NCBI GenBank assembly: GCA_015680685.1
Contig: MNCI01000651.1
Span: 1,116,001-1,180,000, forward strand
Source: Gnetum montanum
Taxonomy: Eukaryota; Plantae; Gnetophyta
Reading direction: 5' to 3'
DNA: 64,000 nucleotides
In this document: in pieces, positions 48,621 through 62,184 of the stretch
Layout: every line of letters starts with the position of its first letter
How positions within the stretch are numbered: position 1 is the first letter of the stretch
Notes under the pieces: generated by a model
Database searches by the model: none
What the model was told of the DNA's origin: nothing
Seen by the model: the letters and a program-made list of their open reading frames with translations, nothing else
Position numbers and translations under genes: made by a program

Positions 48621-51430
48621 ATGGCACCAAAAGGAAAGCACATGCAGCAAGTAGGACCATCTCAACCAAGGGAGAAACAACCTAGAGGGGGAAGGGGCCA
48701 AGAACAAGCCTAAGAAGAATCACTTGCAACTAACACCACAGCTCCTCTTAGGGAAGAGGCCAAGGTGGAATATATTTGATAGATTCCAGAACTAGTAGTA
48801 GCAATAGAACACTCCCATTGGGATGATGTACTAGCTCAATAGGCAAATCTTGGAGTGACATTGACAAAAGCTTACTTAAATTAGATCAGATTGAGAGAGG
48901 TCCAAAAAATCGTGCATTGGGAATTAAACTTTGCCCCTTTCCTAGAGTAGGCACCAAAAGAAGTGCAGAACCAACTAAAGGCCTCTCCCATGTGGTCAAT
49001 CATCACTTCCATCGAGGAGTGGTACATGGGAGAGACATTCCTATTCTAGAACAATAGGCAAGCGAATTCAATAGTCAAAATTATGGACATCTTAGTGTCC
49101 TACTTGGTGCAAACTATTACTAAAGTGCTCAAGTTGCCAGAGATAGGGGCAAGTCTCATTGAGATCCCAATTTAGGTAGATCCCAACATCAAGAAAGAAT
49201 GGATGCAATGGTGCTATGATGTCAATTGCAAGTAGTTTGGCACACTCACATCAGCAAAGTGGATCCATTATAAGATTGCAGCCTTTCAACTCAATCCCAC
49301 TATGAGGCCAAGAAAAATCATTGCCTTTTCTATTGGAGCATGCACTACTCTGAGTGAGAGATTCCCTATTAACCTTCCATAATTGATCTATCTAGATATG
49401 GAGAAGTGATTTAAAGAAAATGAACGTGGCAGGAAGGCATTCCACTTCCCATGCCTTATCAAGAAACTCTGTTGAAGGGAGGAATAGTCTGTTATACCAA
49501 TGATGTTGTCAAGCATGTTCCAGCTGCTAAGTAGGTAGAAATGATGAAAGATAAAATGCATGCAACTACTATCCAAGAAGAGGAGCAACAACCACCACCT
49601 CCAATTTCCACTCAAAAAACTATTCCAAAGATCACCACAACAGCTCAAATATTGCACAAATATTGAGAATGGATCTTGAGTGAACAAGAACAACAAGTAG
49701 GCATGAGTGATAGGGATCCATCCATGCACAAACTAGCAATGAGTCACCTCAATGAAGTGGCCTGAATCATTAGCTTGATGGGTGAAGGTGGATCTATTTT
49801 CTTAGCCCAAAGAACATTATTATCCATGAGGTCAAATCCTAGTGCCAGAGAGGTCACAGTATCTCTTGCAAAATAATAGTCACTCCCAGAAATCTCTAGG
49901 AATGATGCGACCTTCTTGGTACACCTAGAGAAAGGTGAGGGGACAACAATATTGGTGATGTAGCACTAAGGGCAGGAGACAACAGTAGAGGTGGTTATTG
50001 ACCAAATTGCCAAAACACTCAATGCACCTATAGCATTTGTACCAAACATCACTATAGTAAAGGATGTGCATATGTTTGTAGAAACCACAAGTGGTAGAAT
50101 AAATGCAGCGCAACATGAAGAATTTCTAGACTGATTGGTGGGAACCAGGTAACTACTTTTGGATGTCTTTGATCTTTCGGATAATATTACTACAATCCAA
50201 TTGGAGCTGCTTGAGGCAAGGGGCAAAAACATCATCTTAGAGGGGCAACTTGAAATAGCCAAGGAGCTAAATGAAAACTTTGCTATTAAAGTTGTTGAAT
50301 TAAGAGCCCATATTACCAACGTTGCATTTCTCAACTTGGTATTGATAAGAGATGAAGCTATTGAATAGCTTCATACTAGACTAAAAGGGGTTGAGGATGT
50401 AATGGAGATAGTGATGTTTTACCGATCCTTGGTAGAGGCCAGATAGCACAAAATTTGAAAAGCCTTGGATTAGACCTGCCAGGAGAATGTACAGTTGGTC
50501 ACAAAAAACCATCACCTGCGGAATGTTAATGAGTGTGAGTAGCAATTAACTAACTTCATCCATCAACAGTAGGAGAAACTGGCTAGAGCAAACATAGAAC
50601 TGAGGAGATTGGCAATGAAAAAATAGAAACCTCTTCATGGAGGAGGTCTGTGCCCTTCACCAAAAAACTACAATTGAGGTACTTGCCTAGATATTGGAGG
50701 ATCTCAAATTTGAGAGAATCAAAGATCATTATAGAGAACAGGTCAATCTACAAAAGAAAGTAAATGAAAAACACATCCAGTTGGCAAAGGAAAAAGTGAA
50801 TGAAACCATCTAACAACTCCAACAAGGAAAAGAATTATGGTAACCCATCGTTGATGGGATAGATTCCTATAACAAGATGGAAATCCACATGAATGAGTTG
50901 CAAATTGAGAAGATGATAGAATACATGAAGCTTGCCAATATTTGATATGCAAATCTATCCATGTTGACTATTGGAAGACCATGGTTAGAACTTGAAAAAT
51001 AAGTGGCTAGTTTTTACTTGTTGTACAAGGCCAAGTTCAAGCATCACAAAGACACCAAGAAAAAGCTTGTAGTGGAAAATGCTGAACTCAAAGTTATTAA
51101 GGGAAAATACACTATTTGATATCGAACGCAAAGAGTTCGCTACTTGATTTTTCAACATAAAGGAGATGTTCCCAATAATGCAATGTCCATGGGATGTCCC
51201 CATTTCAAGCCACATTAGTGATGTTGCGTGGACTGTGAATGATTCCCAAAGTAAGGAGGAGAAGATGAAGGCATTAATAACTGCCTATTGCCTTCCATTG
51301 GAGGTTGCAGCCACAGTAGAATAGCCATAGCTGCCTTAGCTATTGCACATGTCTGAAGCTGGTGAAGGTCCTTCAAAACCTTCAAGATCAAAACCACCTG
51401 GGACTGTCTGATCTTCTCCATTGCCTTCAT
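48621..51430 (+). pseudogene. Extra ('env-like') ORF of copy C, decayed
   Basis: MAPKGKHMQQVGPSQPREKQPRGGRG; WSIITSIEEWYMGETF; FHFPCLIKKLC; coiled-coil ORF 50159..50368; MQCPWDVP. Confidence 0.7.
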
Positions 51431-51647
51431 GACATCAAAGGATGTGCTGTCCAATTTTGAGTTATTATGTCATGGTTTTCAATTTTTGTGTCATGAGCAT
51501 CACAATTGTTGTAATGTCTTGATTTGTACACTCAGGCACTCAGTCTTTTCATGTTAATTTGTTTTGTTAAAAATCAACCAATAATCTCATACATTTTCAA
51601 TTTTGTAAAGGAACTTGAGGATGAGTTTTCATTCAATCGTAGGGGTA

Positions 51648-52606
51648 TGATGAGCATCAAAGTATTACGTCGATGATCCCCCATTGATGTAGCCTCGTTA
51701 ACAAGACCTCGTTAATGGGGCCTCGTTTACGTGGTGTTGCTTCATCAATGGGGCCATGTCAACATAGAATTTGCTATGTCTATGGGGCCCCATTGACACA
51801 TCCTTATAGTAAAAACTATAAATATGTGCTCACAGTCATGTTTATGGGAATATATTGTCATATTAGTAGTAGAGCTCTTACAGTTTTTTCATTTGAAAGT
51901 TAGAATATTTCTCTGAGTGCTTGCAACAAGAGTCAAAAAGTGTACGGATCCTTATTCAAGAATAGTTGTACCTGAACCACACTAGTGTGTACAGCAATAA
52001 AGATGAGCCTTTTGATCAAATCTTGCAATACTTAGAATAAATTAATGATTTATTTTTGCATTCATTATTTTCATTAAATATGCAATTAATGAAGCTAAAT
52101 TAGACTTTAAGTGATTAGTTAATTGCTTAAGCTAAATAGATTAAACACATAAGTACGACAACTTTGAGCATAAACACACATTCACTTGGTAATCCTAATA
52201 GCGTTATTTCTTGGTGTGCTTAGTGGCATAGCACTTTGTAACCTAGCAATGGATATGTGGGTTCAAGACATATATAGAAAGTGGGACAAAATTCTTATGT
52301 TAGGACTAGTTAGAGATTAGTTAGGTAGTTAAATTAGATTAGCTATTAAATCACTTTATCTCTTTCTTTAAGTACCAAGGAATATAAAACATAAAATAAT
52401 AAAAATCATATGTCTCAATTACACTTAACCATATACTTGTGCATCAAAAGTCTAATTGGAAAGACAAAAAATGACCATTAGGGCAACATTCACTTCTTAG
52501 AAGATGAGTGTATCAGAAACTATAGAGTCCAGGGAATTTGACAAGATCACGCATGAGTGCTTCATGATTCGTATGGTTGGGCATAGGGGGACCTCATTGC
52601 TCATCA
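51648..52606 (+). repeat. Complete 3' LTR of copy C (959 bp)
   Basis: Perfect 9-bp inverted termini TGATGAGCA...TGCTCATCA and TATA ctataaata at ~51816. Confidence 0.9.
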
Positions 52607-52609
52607 CTA

Positions 52610-55600
52610 GCCAACATTAAGCTATAAATTTTTAAAAGGGATGATATAAGAAATTTTAAAACTAATCTAATAGAGGCAAGGATTTGTAATGAATGTAAGT
52701 AAAAATTTAAGTTTCAGTTTTAGTATATAGTTTTGTTTTAGAAAACTATTAAGCTATTAGATAGAATGTTATGGTTGTTGCACATATTATATGATCTTGA
52801 TAGTGCAAACTCTCATGACATGATATGATTTTTATTGTGTTCTTTTTAATTAGCATGGACTAGTGGCTTATGATTGTTATGTATAGAGTAGCTAGTTGTG
52901 ATTGTGTGTATGTCTTCTTTGCTATGTTATATGATTTTATTATGGAGGTTTTTTCTTCTATTGTTACTTTTGACTCAATGTATCATCCAATTTGAGTTAT
53001 CATATTTCTTTATATATCTCTCATTAGCTTATGGTCTTGTCCTCAACTAGGTTTATGGGATGTGGCAATCAAGGTGTTACATAGTGGCATTAAAGTACAC
53101 TACTTTAATGATATAGGATATTTGTGGTACTTATCTCTTTTGATTTTGAGACATAGATTTTAGGTAGATGTGGATCTAGTTCAAGTAGGGCTCATGATAC
53201 TAATCAATCTTGGGCATAGCTAGAGTAGTGACCATAGATTGTAGGTAGTGGTTTTGGAAGAAAGCAAGTAAAGATTTCTAGGCAATTATAGTTCATATAG
53301 CAACATGCAATAGGTGCAACTTCTCCTCTAATTATTAAGGAGGTGGAAAGTGGTAGTGGTAGGGATTCTATTATATAGCCTACTAGTAGAGAGCTAGTGA
53401 AGAAGTTCTGTAAGCTAGGACCTTCTAAATTTATTAGTATTAAGGATTCTACTTTGGTGATAGAGTGGCCAGAGAAGGTAAGGAAAATTTTGATTTGATA
53501 TGTTACATTTTAACATAGTAGATCAAATTGAAAACATACAAGATAGTTGGCACTTCTTAGTGATGGTAGAGGACTAAGGAGCATACCAAGAAATGAATGG
53601 ATCATGAGGTATCTTAGGATGACTTCTTAATATCTTTTAATGCTAGATATCTTTCTACTCAGCATGCTTAGGTAAGAAGGATGATTTTTACAAATTATTA
53701 TAGTGTAGGTATGAAGGATGAGTTTTACAAATTATTCTAGTATAGTTGGTCTATGATAGAGTATTATACCCATTTTCTAAGCTTAGTAATTATGCTACAC
53801 ACATGTAGGTGGATGTGAGGGCTAGCTTGAATAAGCTTATTAGAGGACTTAGATGTTCATTGAAGGATTATATCTTATCTTTTGGAGTGACTTCCCATGA
53901 TGAGGCTAGAGATGTGGCCATGGATTTGAAGACGATCTAGAAGGAGGATGTAGTGCATCATGATAGGAGATAAGAACAAAAGAAAGGATAATCATCTCTA
54001 GGTAGGTCTAGCCCCTTCAAGCAGGCACATGGGTAAGGTAGTTGTGGATAGCAGTAGATAACTAGTAATGTTATCCACTTGTAGGATATGGATTTTCATT
54101 GACATGTTACATATGTGGTCAGTTAATGCATATTTAGAGGAATTACCTAAATTTTTTCTCTTATGGATAGTCAAGACATGGGACTAGGGATTGCCTAAAG
54201 TAGACAAGTGGTAGTGGGGAAGGAAGAAATAATGAATAGAGACCACTCATGAAAGAAGAACATGGTACATCTACTACGTAGATTGATGAAGCAAGAAAAA
54301 GTGCTCAAGGTTGGGTATATAATCTAATGGATTAGCCATTGACAGTGTAGCCCAACACAGTGATGGAGACAAGAGGTACAATCTTGAATCTTTTTGTATT
54401 AATTTTATTTGATCATGGTGCTAGTCATTCATTCATAGATTCTAGTATTGTACACCTATTATCCTTTCCATGTCATGCTCTCCATCCTTGGTTGTTAGTA
54501 TTTATTTTGAAGGGTCATGAAAACCAAATTAATTAGATTTAGAGAGATGCACTTGCATAGTTACAAGAGATATAGTGGAATCCTAAGTTGATCAAATGTA
54601 CAAAGATGTACTAGTATAATTATAAAAGATATAGTGGGTTAGTGATCTACATGTGATGGACCTTGGAAGGTATGACATGATAATGGATATCAAATGGTTG
54701 TTGCTATTTAGTGTTACTATAGATTGTTGACAAATGTCTTGATATTGTAGATAGTTGATGGTGCATAGGTGGAGATTTAGACCTTTTGGAAATTTATGTA
54801 GTTAGACTTAATACTCTCTTGGATGTTACATAGGATGCTCCAAAAGGGCATAGTTGCTATGTAGTTTTGGTGTACCATGTAGAGACCATTGAAATTGCTT
54901 AGATTTTAGTAGTCTAGGATTTTTAGATGTGTTGCATACCAAGTTTCAGAGTTTTCCATCTAGGAGAGAGGTTAAGTTCAAGAGCAAGCTTTAATTTGGT
55001 ACACAGTCTATCTCCAAGGATCTACATAGGATGTCTTCAATGGATATGATAGAGTTGAAAATCTAGTTATTAAATTTTATGTATAGAGGCCTCATTCATC
55101 CCAATTTTTTTTCATGGGATGCTCTAGTGTTATTTGTTAGGAAAAAGTATGAGAGTTTATGATTGTGTTTTGATTAGAGGTAATTGAACTAGGTGACTAT
55201 GAAGAAGAAGTAGCATATGCAATATATTAATGAATTGTTTATTTAACTATAAGGAGCTCATGTGTTCTTGAAGATTAATCTCAAGTTTGTATATCATAAG
55301 GTGCAAGTTCATTAGTAGGATGTGTCGAAGACTACATTTAGAATCCATTATGAATATGATGAGTTATTGGTTCTTCCATTTAGGTTGATGAATATGTTAC
55401 TAATCTTTATGCATCTTTTCATCATCATCATCATTTTAGCCTTGTCCCAACTAAATGGGATTGGCTACATAAGTTCATTTTTACCATTCGCCTTTATGAA
55501 AAGCTAGATCCTTGTTTATTTGTAGTTTCAGTAAATCATCTTTAATTTTTTTCATGTCTTATTTGGTCTTTCTTTTAATGGTTTTTTCAGAACATTATTG

Positions 55601-58600
55601 AGCAACCTTTTTTATAGCCTCATTTTCTGGTCTTCTTTTCACATGTTTCAATCATTTAAGTTATCATTCTTGTACCTTATTCCAAGTCTTTTTATAATGT
55701 TTGTATTATGTAGTTTATCTCTTCTAGTAACATTCAATATTCATTAAAGCATTTGTATTTCTACCACACTAATTTATTATTTATCCCTCTTTTTTACTAC
55801 CCAACATTTAGCACCATATAAGATAGCATGCCTAATTACTGTTTTATAAAAGTTTCCCTTTAGTTTTATTGGTATTATTTTACCACATAGAACATCACTA
55901 ACTTGTCTTCATTTTCATCATCATACATAAAATTCTATTTCTTATATCTTTTTCAATTACACCATTTGATTGGAGGTTTGATCCTAGGCAACGAGACTAT
56001 TTATAGTGAGGGACTTTTTAGCCTTGAGTTATTACTTCTATTTCACCACTATTTATGTTGTTATTAAAGTGACATTTTATATATTCTATTTTACTTTAGC
56101 TAATTTTTAAGCCTTTTGATGCTAGATCATGTTTCAACATCTTCATTTTAGAAGGAATATTTTCTTGAGCTATATCCACCAACACATTATCATCTACAAT
56201 AGCATACACTAAGGGATTTTTTTTCTTTTATTTCTTTGTTAATTCATCCATAATAATGACAAATAAGTACAAGCTAAGCGTAGACTCTTGATGTTGACTT
56301 ACTATGACTAGAAAATCATATGTTACTCCATGAGATGTTCTAATTTTAGAGGTTGCTCCTTCACACTTGTCTTGAATCACTTTAATATATTTATCAAGGA
56401 TACTTTTCCTCTATAAAATATATGAAATAATATTTGTAGGCACTTTTTCATATGTTTTTTTCAAGTCAATGAAGATCATATGTTGATTTTTTCTACATTT
56501 TTAGAATTTCTTCATCCATTATCATATCAAGAAAATAGCCTCTATAGTAGATCTCATTGGCATAAATCCAAATTGATTTTATGATATTTTTGATTCAATT
56601 CTAAGATGTTTCTCTATGAATCTCTTCCAAAGCTTCATAGTATATCTCATTAACCTAATTTTTCTATGGTTTGCTAAATTTTGTAAGTCTCCTTTATTTT
56701 TACAAATAGTAATAACAATGCTTTTTCTCCAATTATTGGGCATTTCTCCATCCATCAAAATTTTGTTAAATAATTGTGTCAACCAAGAAACTCCTGTATC
56801 TTCCATTATTTTCCAAACTTCTATAGAAATGTTCACTGCTCCAATAGCTTTTCTATTTTTCATCTTAATAAGCTTGTCTTCACCTCAAAGAAGGAAAGTT
56901 CATTAACTAAAGCAAAATTTGATTCTTCTTCTTGGATATCTTCTCTTGGTAATTTTTTATTTAATAATTCTTAAAAATAAAATTTCCACCTTTACAAAAT
57001 TTCATTGTCTTTTACCAAGATTCTTTCATTTACTTCCTTGATGTATTTGACATGATAAATATCTTTATATTTCTTGTTTCTAATTTTTGCCAATTTATAA
57101 ATAAATTTTTCTCCTTCCTTTACTCTTAATTTCTCATAAAAGGTATCCAAGGCCTTATGTTTAACTCTGGCTATTGCTACAGTTTCCTTCTTTTTTCCCA
57201 TTTTGTATATTAGCATGTTTTCTTGGCTAACCGCTTTGCTACCATTTCTTATTTTGAATAACATGTTGCACTTCATTAGTTCACCATCATGTCTTCATTG
57301 GGATGTTCTTTTTGCTTTTTATTTCACCCAAAATCTTCTTTCCAATTTTTTAAATGTAACTTCCCATTTGGCCTCAAATTAAATTTGAAGAGTAATCCCA
57401 ATTATTTCATGAACCAATTTTTCTATGAATAAGGTGATGTTATCTTCCTTCAAGTTCTACCATTTTATGCATTTAGTTCTTTTCTTGTTCTACATTTGAA
57501 GCTCTTTATGCATATTATGAACATTGTAATATGACCCCTTTTGGATCAATTTGTGATCATGTTTATAGATAACATTTTGGTGTATTCTATAAATGAGTAG
57601 CAACATACAAAGCACTTACAAAAATTATTGCAGACTATAAGGGAGTATTAATTGTATAATTAGCTATCCAAGTATTCCTCTTGGTAGTCAAAGATCCAAT
57701 TTTTGGACTATCTACTAACTCTCTCAGGATCCCACTTAGCAGGATAAGCACTATAGCTTTGGGTGATGATGCTTTTATAGTGTTAAGAGTTGGTATATTA
57801 GTAGACATAGTAAAGATTGTAGTAGCACAATAGTAGTCTATTTTGTAGTCTATTATAGAGGTTTAGAGTTTGTTGAAGATGATAGGTAATTATCATAGAT
57901 TTATGAAGCATTTCTCTATGATAGAATCTCCTTTAATACAGTTATTAAGGAAGGAGGTTAATTTTACTTAGATCTTAGCTTGTCAAATAGCTTTTAATGA
58001 GCACAAATTGATGATTGTTGCTTTTCTGATATTTCCTACATAAGGATGCTTATATGATGTATGCATTGATGCATCAAGTGATGGATTTGAATGTGTATTG
58101 GTGTAGGATGGATAAGTAGTGACATATGCTTTCCCATGAGACTTAATATCTAGTGCATGATTTGGAGTTAGAAGTAGTGGTGTTTTCCTTAAAGATTTAG
58201 CAACATTATCTCTATGAAGGGCATGTGACTATATGGATAGATTTTGAGAGCCTCTAATATCTTATGAATTGCCAATAGTTGAACTTGGAACAACTAAGAT
58301 GGATGCAATTGTTAGCTAATTTTGACTTCTCTATTAGGTATATGCCTAGTAAGACTAACTAGGTAGTAGATGCATGAAGATGGGTAGCTAGTAGGCTTAG
58401 TAGTTTGATCATTTGTTTGATATGTATGATAGACTCTAGGTGTAGTAGTAGTGATATACTTTATGTATAGAGTTAAGGTAATACATTACTATTGATGGAC
58501 ATGTTACCATAGACAACTAGTGGATACTATAATAACATGACTAAGTTTATGTTCTAGTAGCTCTTTAAGTCTAGTTGATGGATGAGACATAAATTCATTG

Positions 58601-58745
58601 ATACAATTTGCATTTGGATTGTGAAAAGATGTACTAGAATTTTAAATGTGCATATTGCTGACTTGGTATAAAGAAGGATATAGATGAATGTGTTTCTCAT
58701 TACCTAATCTATCAACATGTGAAAATAGAGTACAAGAGGCCAATG
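52610..58745 (+). mobile_element. Tekay/Del-like chromoviral Ty3/gypsy element, heavily decayed and interrupted by an RTE LINE
   Basis: LTR-like end ggtgttaca (53081) with a weak iMet-like PBS. Gag KKFCKLGPSKF, zinc knuckle CYICGQLMH, protease LFDHGASHSFI, RT DQFVIMFIDNILVYS, RNase H CIDAS...HDLELEVVVFSLKI, integrase fragment KKDIDECV...QHVKIEYKRP. Confidence 0.8.
55415..57502 (-). mobile_element. RTE-clade LINE, 5'-truncated
   Basis: MKNRKAIG...IEVWK...NWRKSIV...KNKGDLQ...TMKLWKRFIE. 3' end gggacaaggct...(GAT)n tail at ~55420-55450. TSD TCTTTATGCAT at 55404-55414 and 57503-57513. Confidence 0.9.
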
Positions 58746-61700
58746 CTATTGGATTACCAATTGCTTACCTAAACATAGAGTATCCATTTTCACTTTCTTT
58801 ATACATCTTGAACTTATGCCAATGCTACTGGATTACCAAGTGCTTATTGCCGAGGATACTAAGTATTCATTATTGGGATTACCAAGCATTAGTATAGTAT
58901 GCTTGAAGTGGTTGTACTCATGTTACTATGGAATAAAATATTATATTCTTAAGTCTAGAAAAGTAAACTACATGGAAATTTAACTGCTTGAAAATAAACT
59001 TAATATTAATCCAACTGCTGCAATGGAGAGAAGAAATCTTGATTTTATTATTGTCATGCAACAGTGTCCAAGTATATCTTGCACTTGAAGAAAAATCTAT
59101 ACAATTAATTCAATCCATGTTGTGGACACTCAAAGGGAAATTTCACTAAGTCTTATGGAAGAAAACTATAAGAGCTTTCTAGGAGAATGACCAAAAGTGT
59201 CATAAATGTGGTCAGTATACACATTTATATAGGATTTATGAGGATTAGCATTGATGCATATGTGCCAACACATCCAAGGATGCATCAACGGGGATGTGTT
59301 GACAAGGTTGCATTAATGTAGCTAACTTATTGATACTTCATCATACCCTAATGACTGATTGAAAACTTGTCCTTGAGTAAACAAAATGGGATAGAGTTTC
59401 TTACAAAATTTGTAGAAGTATAGAACTAACTAATTAACTATAATAAATAAATAAATAACTCTTGAGTGCTAGTTCGACTTATAATTTGCATGGATACAAT
59501 ATTGGTTTAGTGTATAAAAAATTTAGACACTTTAATAAAAATGGAAGGTGCTAGCTAGATGGATTGAGATGGGATAAATTCTTCACACTCTACTTGGAGG
59601 TGAGGGCTCCTATGATGTGGAGGGTCCTTCATCACATCCCTACTTTGCTAGAGGCCTATGCTATCCTACTACTACTGATGAAACTTAGAAGGCATATAGA
59701 AGTTCCTTCATTTTCACTTCCTTGCTTCATGGATCATGGAAGGTCTAGGTAGCTTTGCCTAGATGGGTTGGTGCTAGTATGTTTCATCAGTACGATAGTA
59801 TTGTGAACATCTTTTTTATGTTAATAAACCAAGCTGCAAATTGTTTTCATTCAACGTCAAATGTATCGAATAGGTTTTGCTATTTCTGGTAGTCACTTAT
59901 TTGCCTAGCTAGGTTCTTAGAAAGTAATCTTTGATTGGTGAAATTTTTTTGAGAACTTCAAGCTCTACATTGGCCACTATAAAATTTTGGTTGATCTATT
60001 TATGGAGCTTGAAATTCTTCTCATAGAGAAGGTAGGAGTTGGTCACCTGCTTCTCTAACTTTGATCTTGTCCTTCTCACTATTTGCATTACCAAGTTTGC
60101 ATTTCGGAGGTTGATGAGGTTAATGTACTTAGTCATCTCCTCGATTTGCAAATTCTTTAGGTGGATTTCTACTTGATTCTAGGCATTGAGACAATCAAAT
60201 GTGGGCTGCTAAACATTGCCTTTTTACTAGAGTTGTTGGAGGGCCTTGTTCACCTTCACTTTTGCCAACTTAATTTCCTTTTCATTGATTTCTTTGTGCA
60301 TCCTGACTTGGTCCTTGTAGTGATTCTTTACTTATTCATACCTCAAGGATTTATTTTTCTAGGCTTCAATCTCAATTATGATCCTTTGATGAAGGGAACA
60401 TACCTTCTTCATTGAGAGATTTCTATTCTTTATAGCCAACCTTCTTTAATCCAGGTTTAACTTAGTAAGTTGTTCTTGCTACTAGTAAATTCGCTCAATC
60501 ATTTGGTCCTTTTATTACTTAGCATTTTGTATGTGATGATTGTCCTAGATGACCACAAGATTTTCTTTGCAAACTTGTTAAAGATCATAGCTAGAGGAAT
60601 TTATCATTGTCTCCAATAATGATGCATCAAAGGTTGTCATTTCCTTTGCATTCTTATCCTCTTGGTATTTTTGTTGAAGCTATTGGAAAGGTTCATCTCT
60701 AGTGAGCACATGCATGGAATTCCAATAGAGAACCTTGTCTCTTAGTTTGAATGTAACTTTTCTAAACCATGCATCATGACATTATTTATTGTATGCCTTG
60801 TGAACTTTATTCATAATGAAGGCATGTTGAGTATCATATGTTGTTCTTTTTGTGCTAGGTAAATGTCTAGGTTAAGCTCACATGTAGTTTTAAGTGTATG
60901 GAGTTAAGTTTGAATTGGAAGTTTGGATAACTTTTTATACACTAACTCGTAGAGAGAGTATCTTATATGAAGTTTTCATATTGAACGATATGCCCAAAGG
61001 GAATTTTTGAGTTTAGGTACTCCAGTCCTTCCTATATTTACTAATGATTCATGTTAAGATTTGAGTAATCTCCCTATTGGTTACTTCAATTGAATCATTG
61101 GCTTGAGGATGGTAAGGTGTTTTAAGTTTATGTTGCACCCTCAAGCATTTCATTAACTTGCAAAAGCTAGCATTTGTGAAGTGCTTTCTATTATTAGAAA
61201 TTAGTGCTCTAGGCACACCAAGCTTGTTTACCACATATTGTTGAAAAAATCAAGTTGTAATAGTAGAGGTACATTAAAAAAATGATTATAACTTTAGCTC
61301 ATTTTGTATAGTAGTCAACATCAACAATGATATATGACTTCTCATTGGACATGGAAGTGATGGATCCCATGAAGTTAATCCTCCAAAGGTCACAAGGCTC
61401 TAGTGGTTGAATCCACTATTGGGGCCCTTCCATTCTAGCTATCATTCCGCCATCTCGTTGGCATCTTTCACACAAATGGATGAAATGGTGGAAGTCCCTG
61501 AATATTATTACCCAAAAATACCCTACAATAAAGATCTTTGTGGTCATCCTTCTTCTTGCATAGTGGCCTCCAAAAGAAACCTCATGAGCATCTTGAATGA
61601 CTCTTAGCTAATCTACATCAGGTATGCATCATTGTATTAGGCTATCAGCACAAACCTTGTAAATATTACCCTCTATTTATATGTAGTATTTAACTTAGTG

Positions 61701-62184
61701 GAGAAATTACTATTTCTTCCTATGGTCCCATGTAGTAGGAGTCCTCTATGTGAGTAGATATGAGAGAAATTCATCGTACCAATTTGTGATCCTTGGTGCA
61801 TAAGCTCTAGTTGCCTTAGCAAAGAGAAGCTCATTTTAAAATTGATCAAATAAGGGCTTTTCATGATCATTGTTATCCCATCTTAACCGAGATAGATGAT
61901 CTACAACTATATTCTTGGTTTTCTTTCTGTCCATCATTGTTAGATCAAACTCCTACAAGATCACTAACCACTATATAATATGAGGGTTTACTATTGGCTT
62001 ATTCATCAAGAAGGGAACTGCACTATGATTAGTATGCACAAAAATTGAATATTTAAGCACATAGTGCTTGAATTTCTCTAGAGCATACAACACCACCATG
62101 GGTTCCTTTTTTGTAGTGATGTAATTGAGTTATGCATCCATAATGCTCCTACTTTTACAATGGATATGCTATGGATGTTTTTGG
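58740..62184 (-). mobile_element. Athila-like element (copy D): RNase H, integrase, C-terminal part of the extra ORF, PPT and truncated 3' LTR
   Basis: LNYITTKKEPMVVLYALEKFKHY; LGVPRALISNNRKHF...TPYHPQANDSIEVTNREI; extra-ORF motifs at ~59600-60640; junction ggta|TGATGAAG at 59343; LTR similarity to ~21600-22130. Confidence 0.85.

Larger units (their letters stand above)
46900..52606 (+). mobile_element. Athila-like element, 3' half (copy C); gag-pol not seen
   Basis: GGGGAGGACCCAC motif (~47793-47805), extra ORF at 48621-51430, PPT-like aggggta (51641-51647) and a complete LTR. Left boundary uncertain. Confidence 0.7.
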
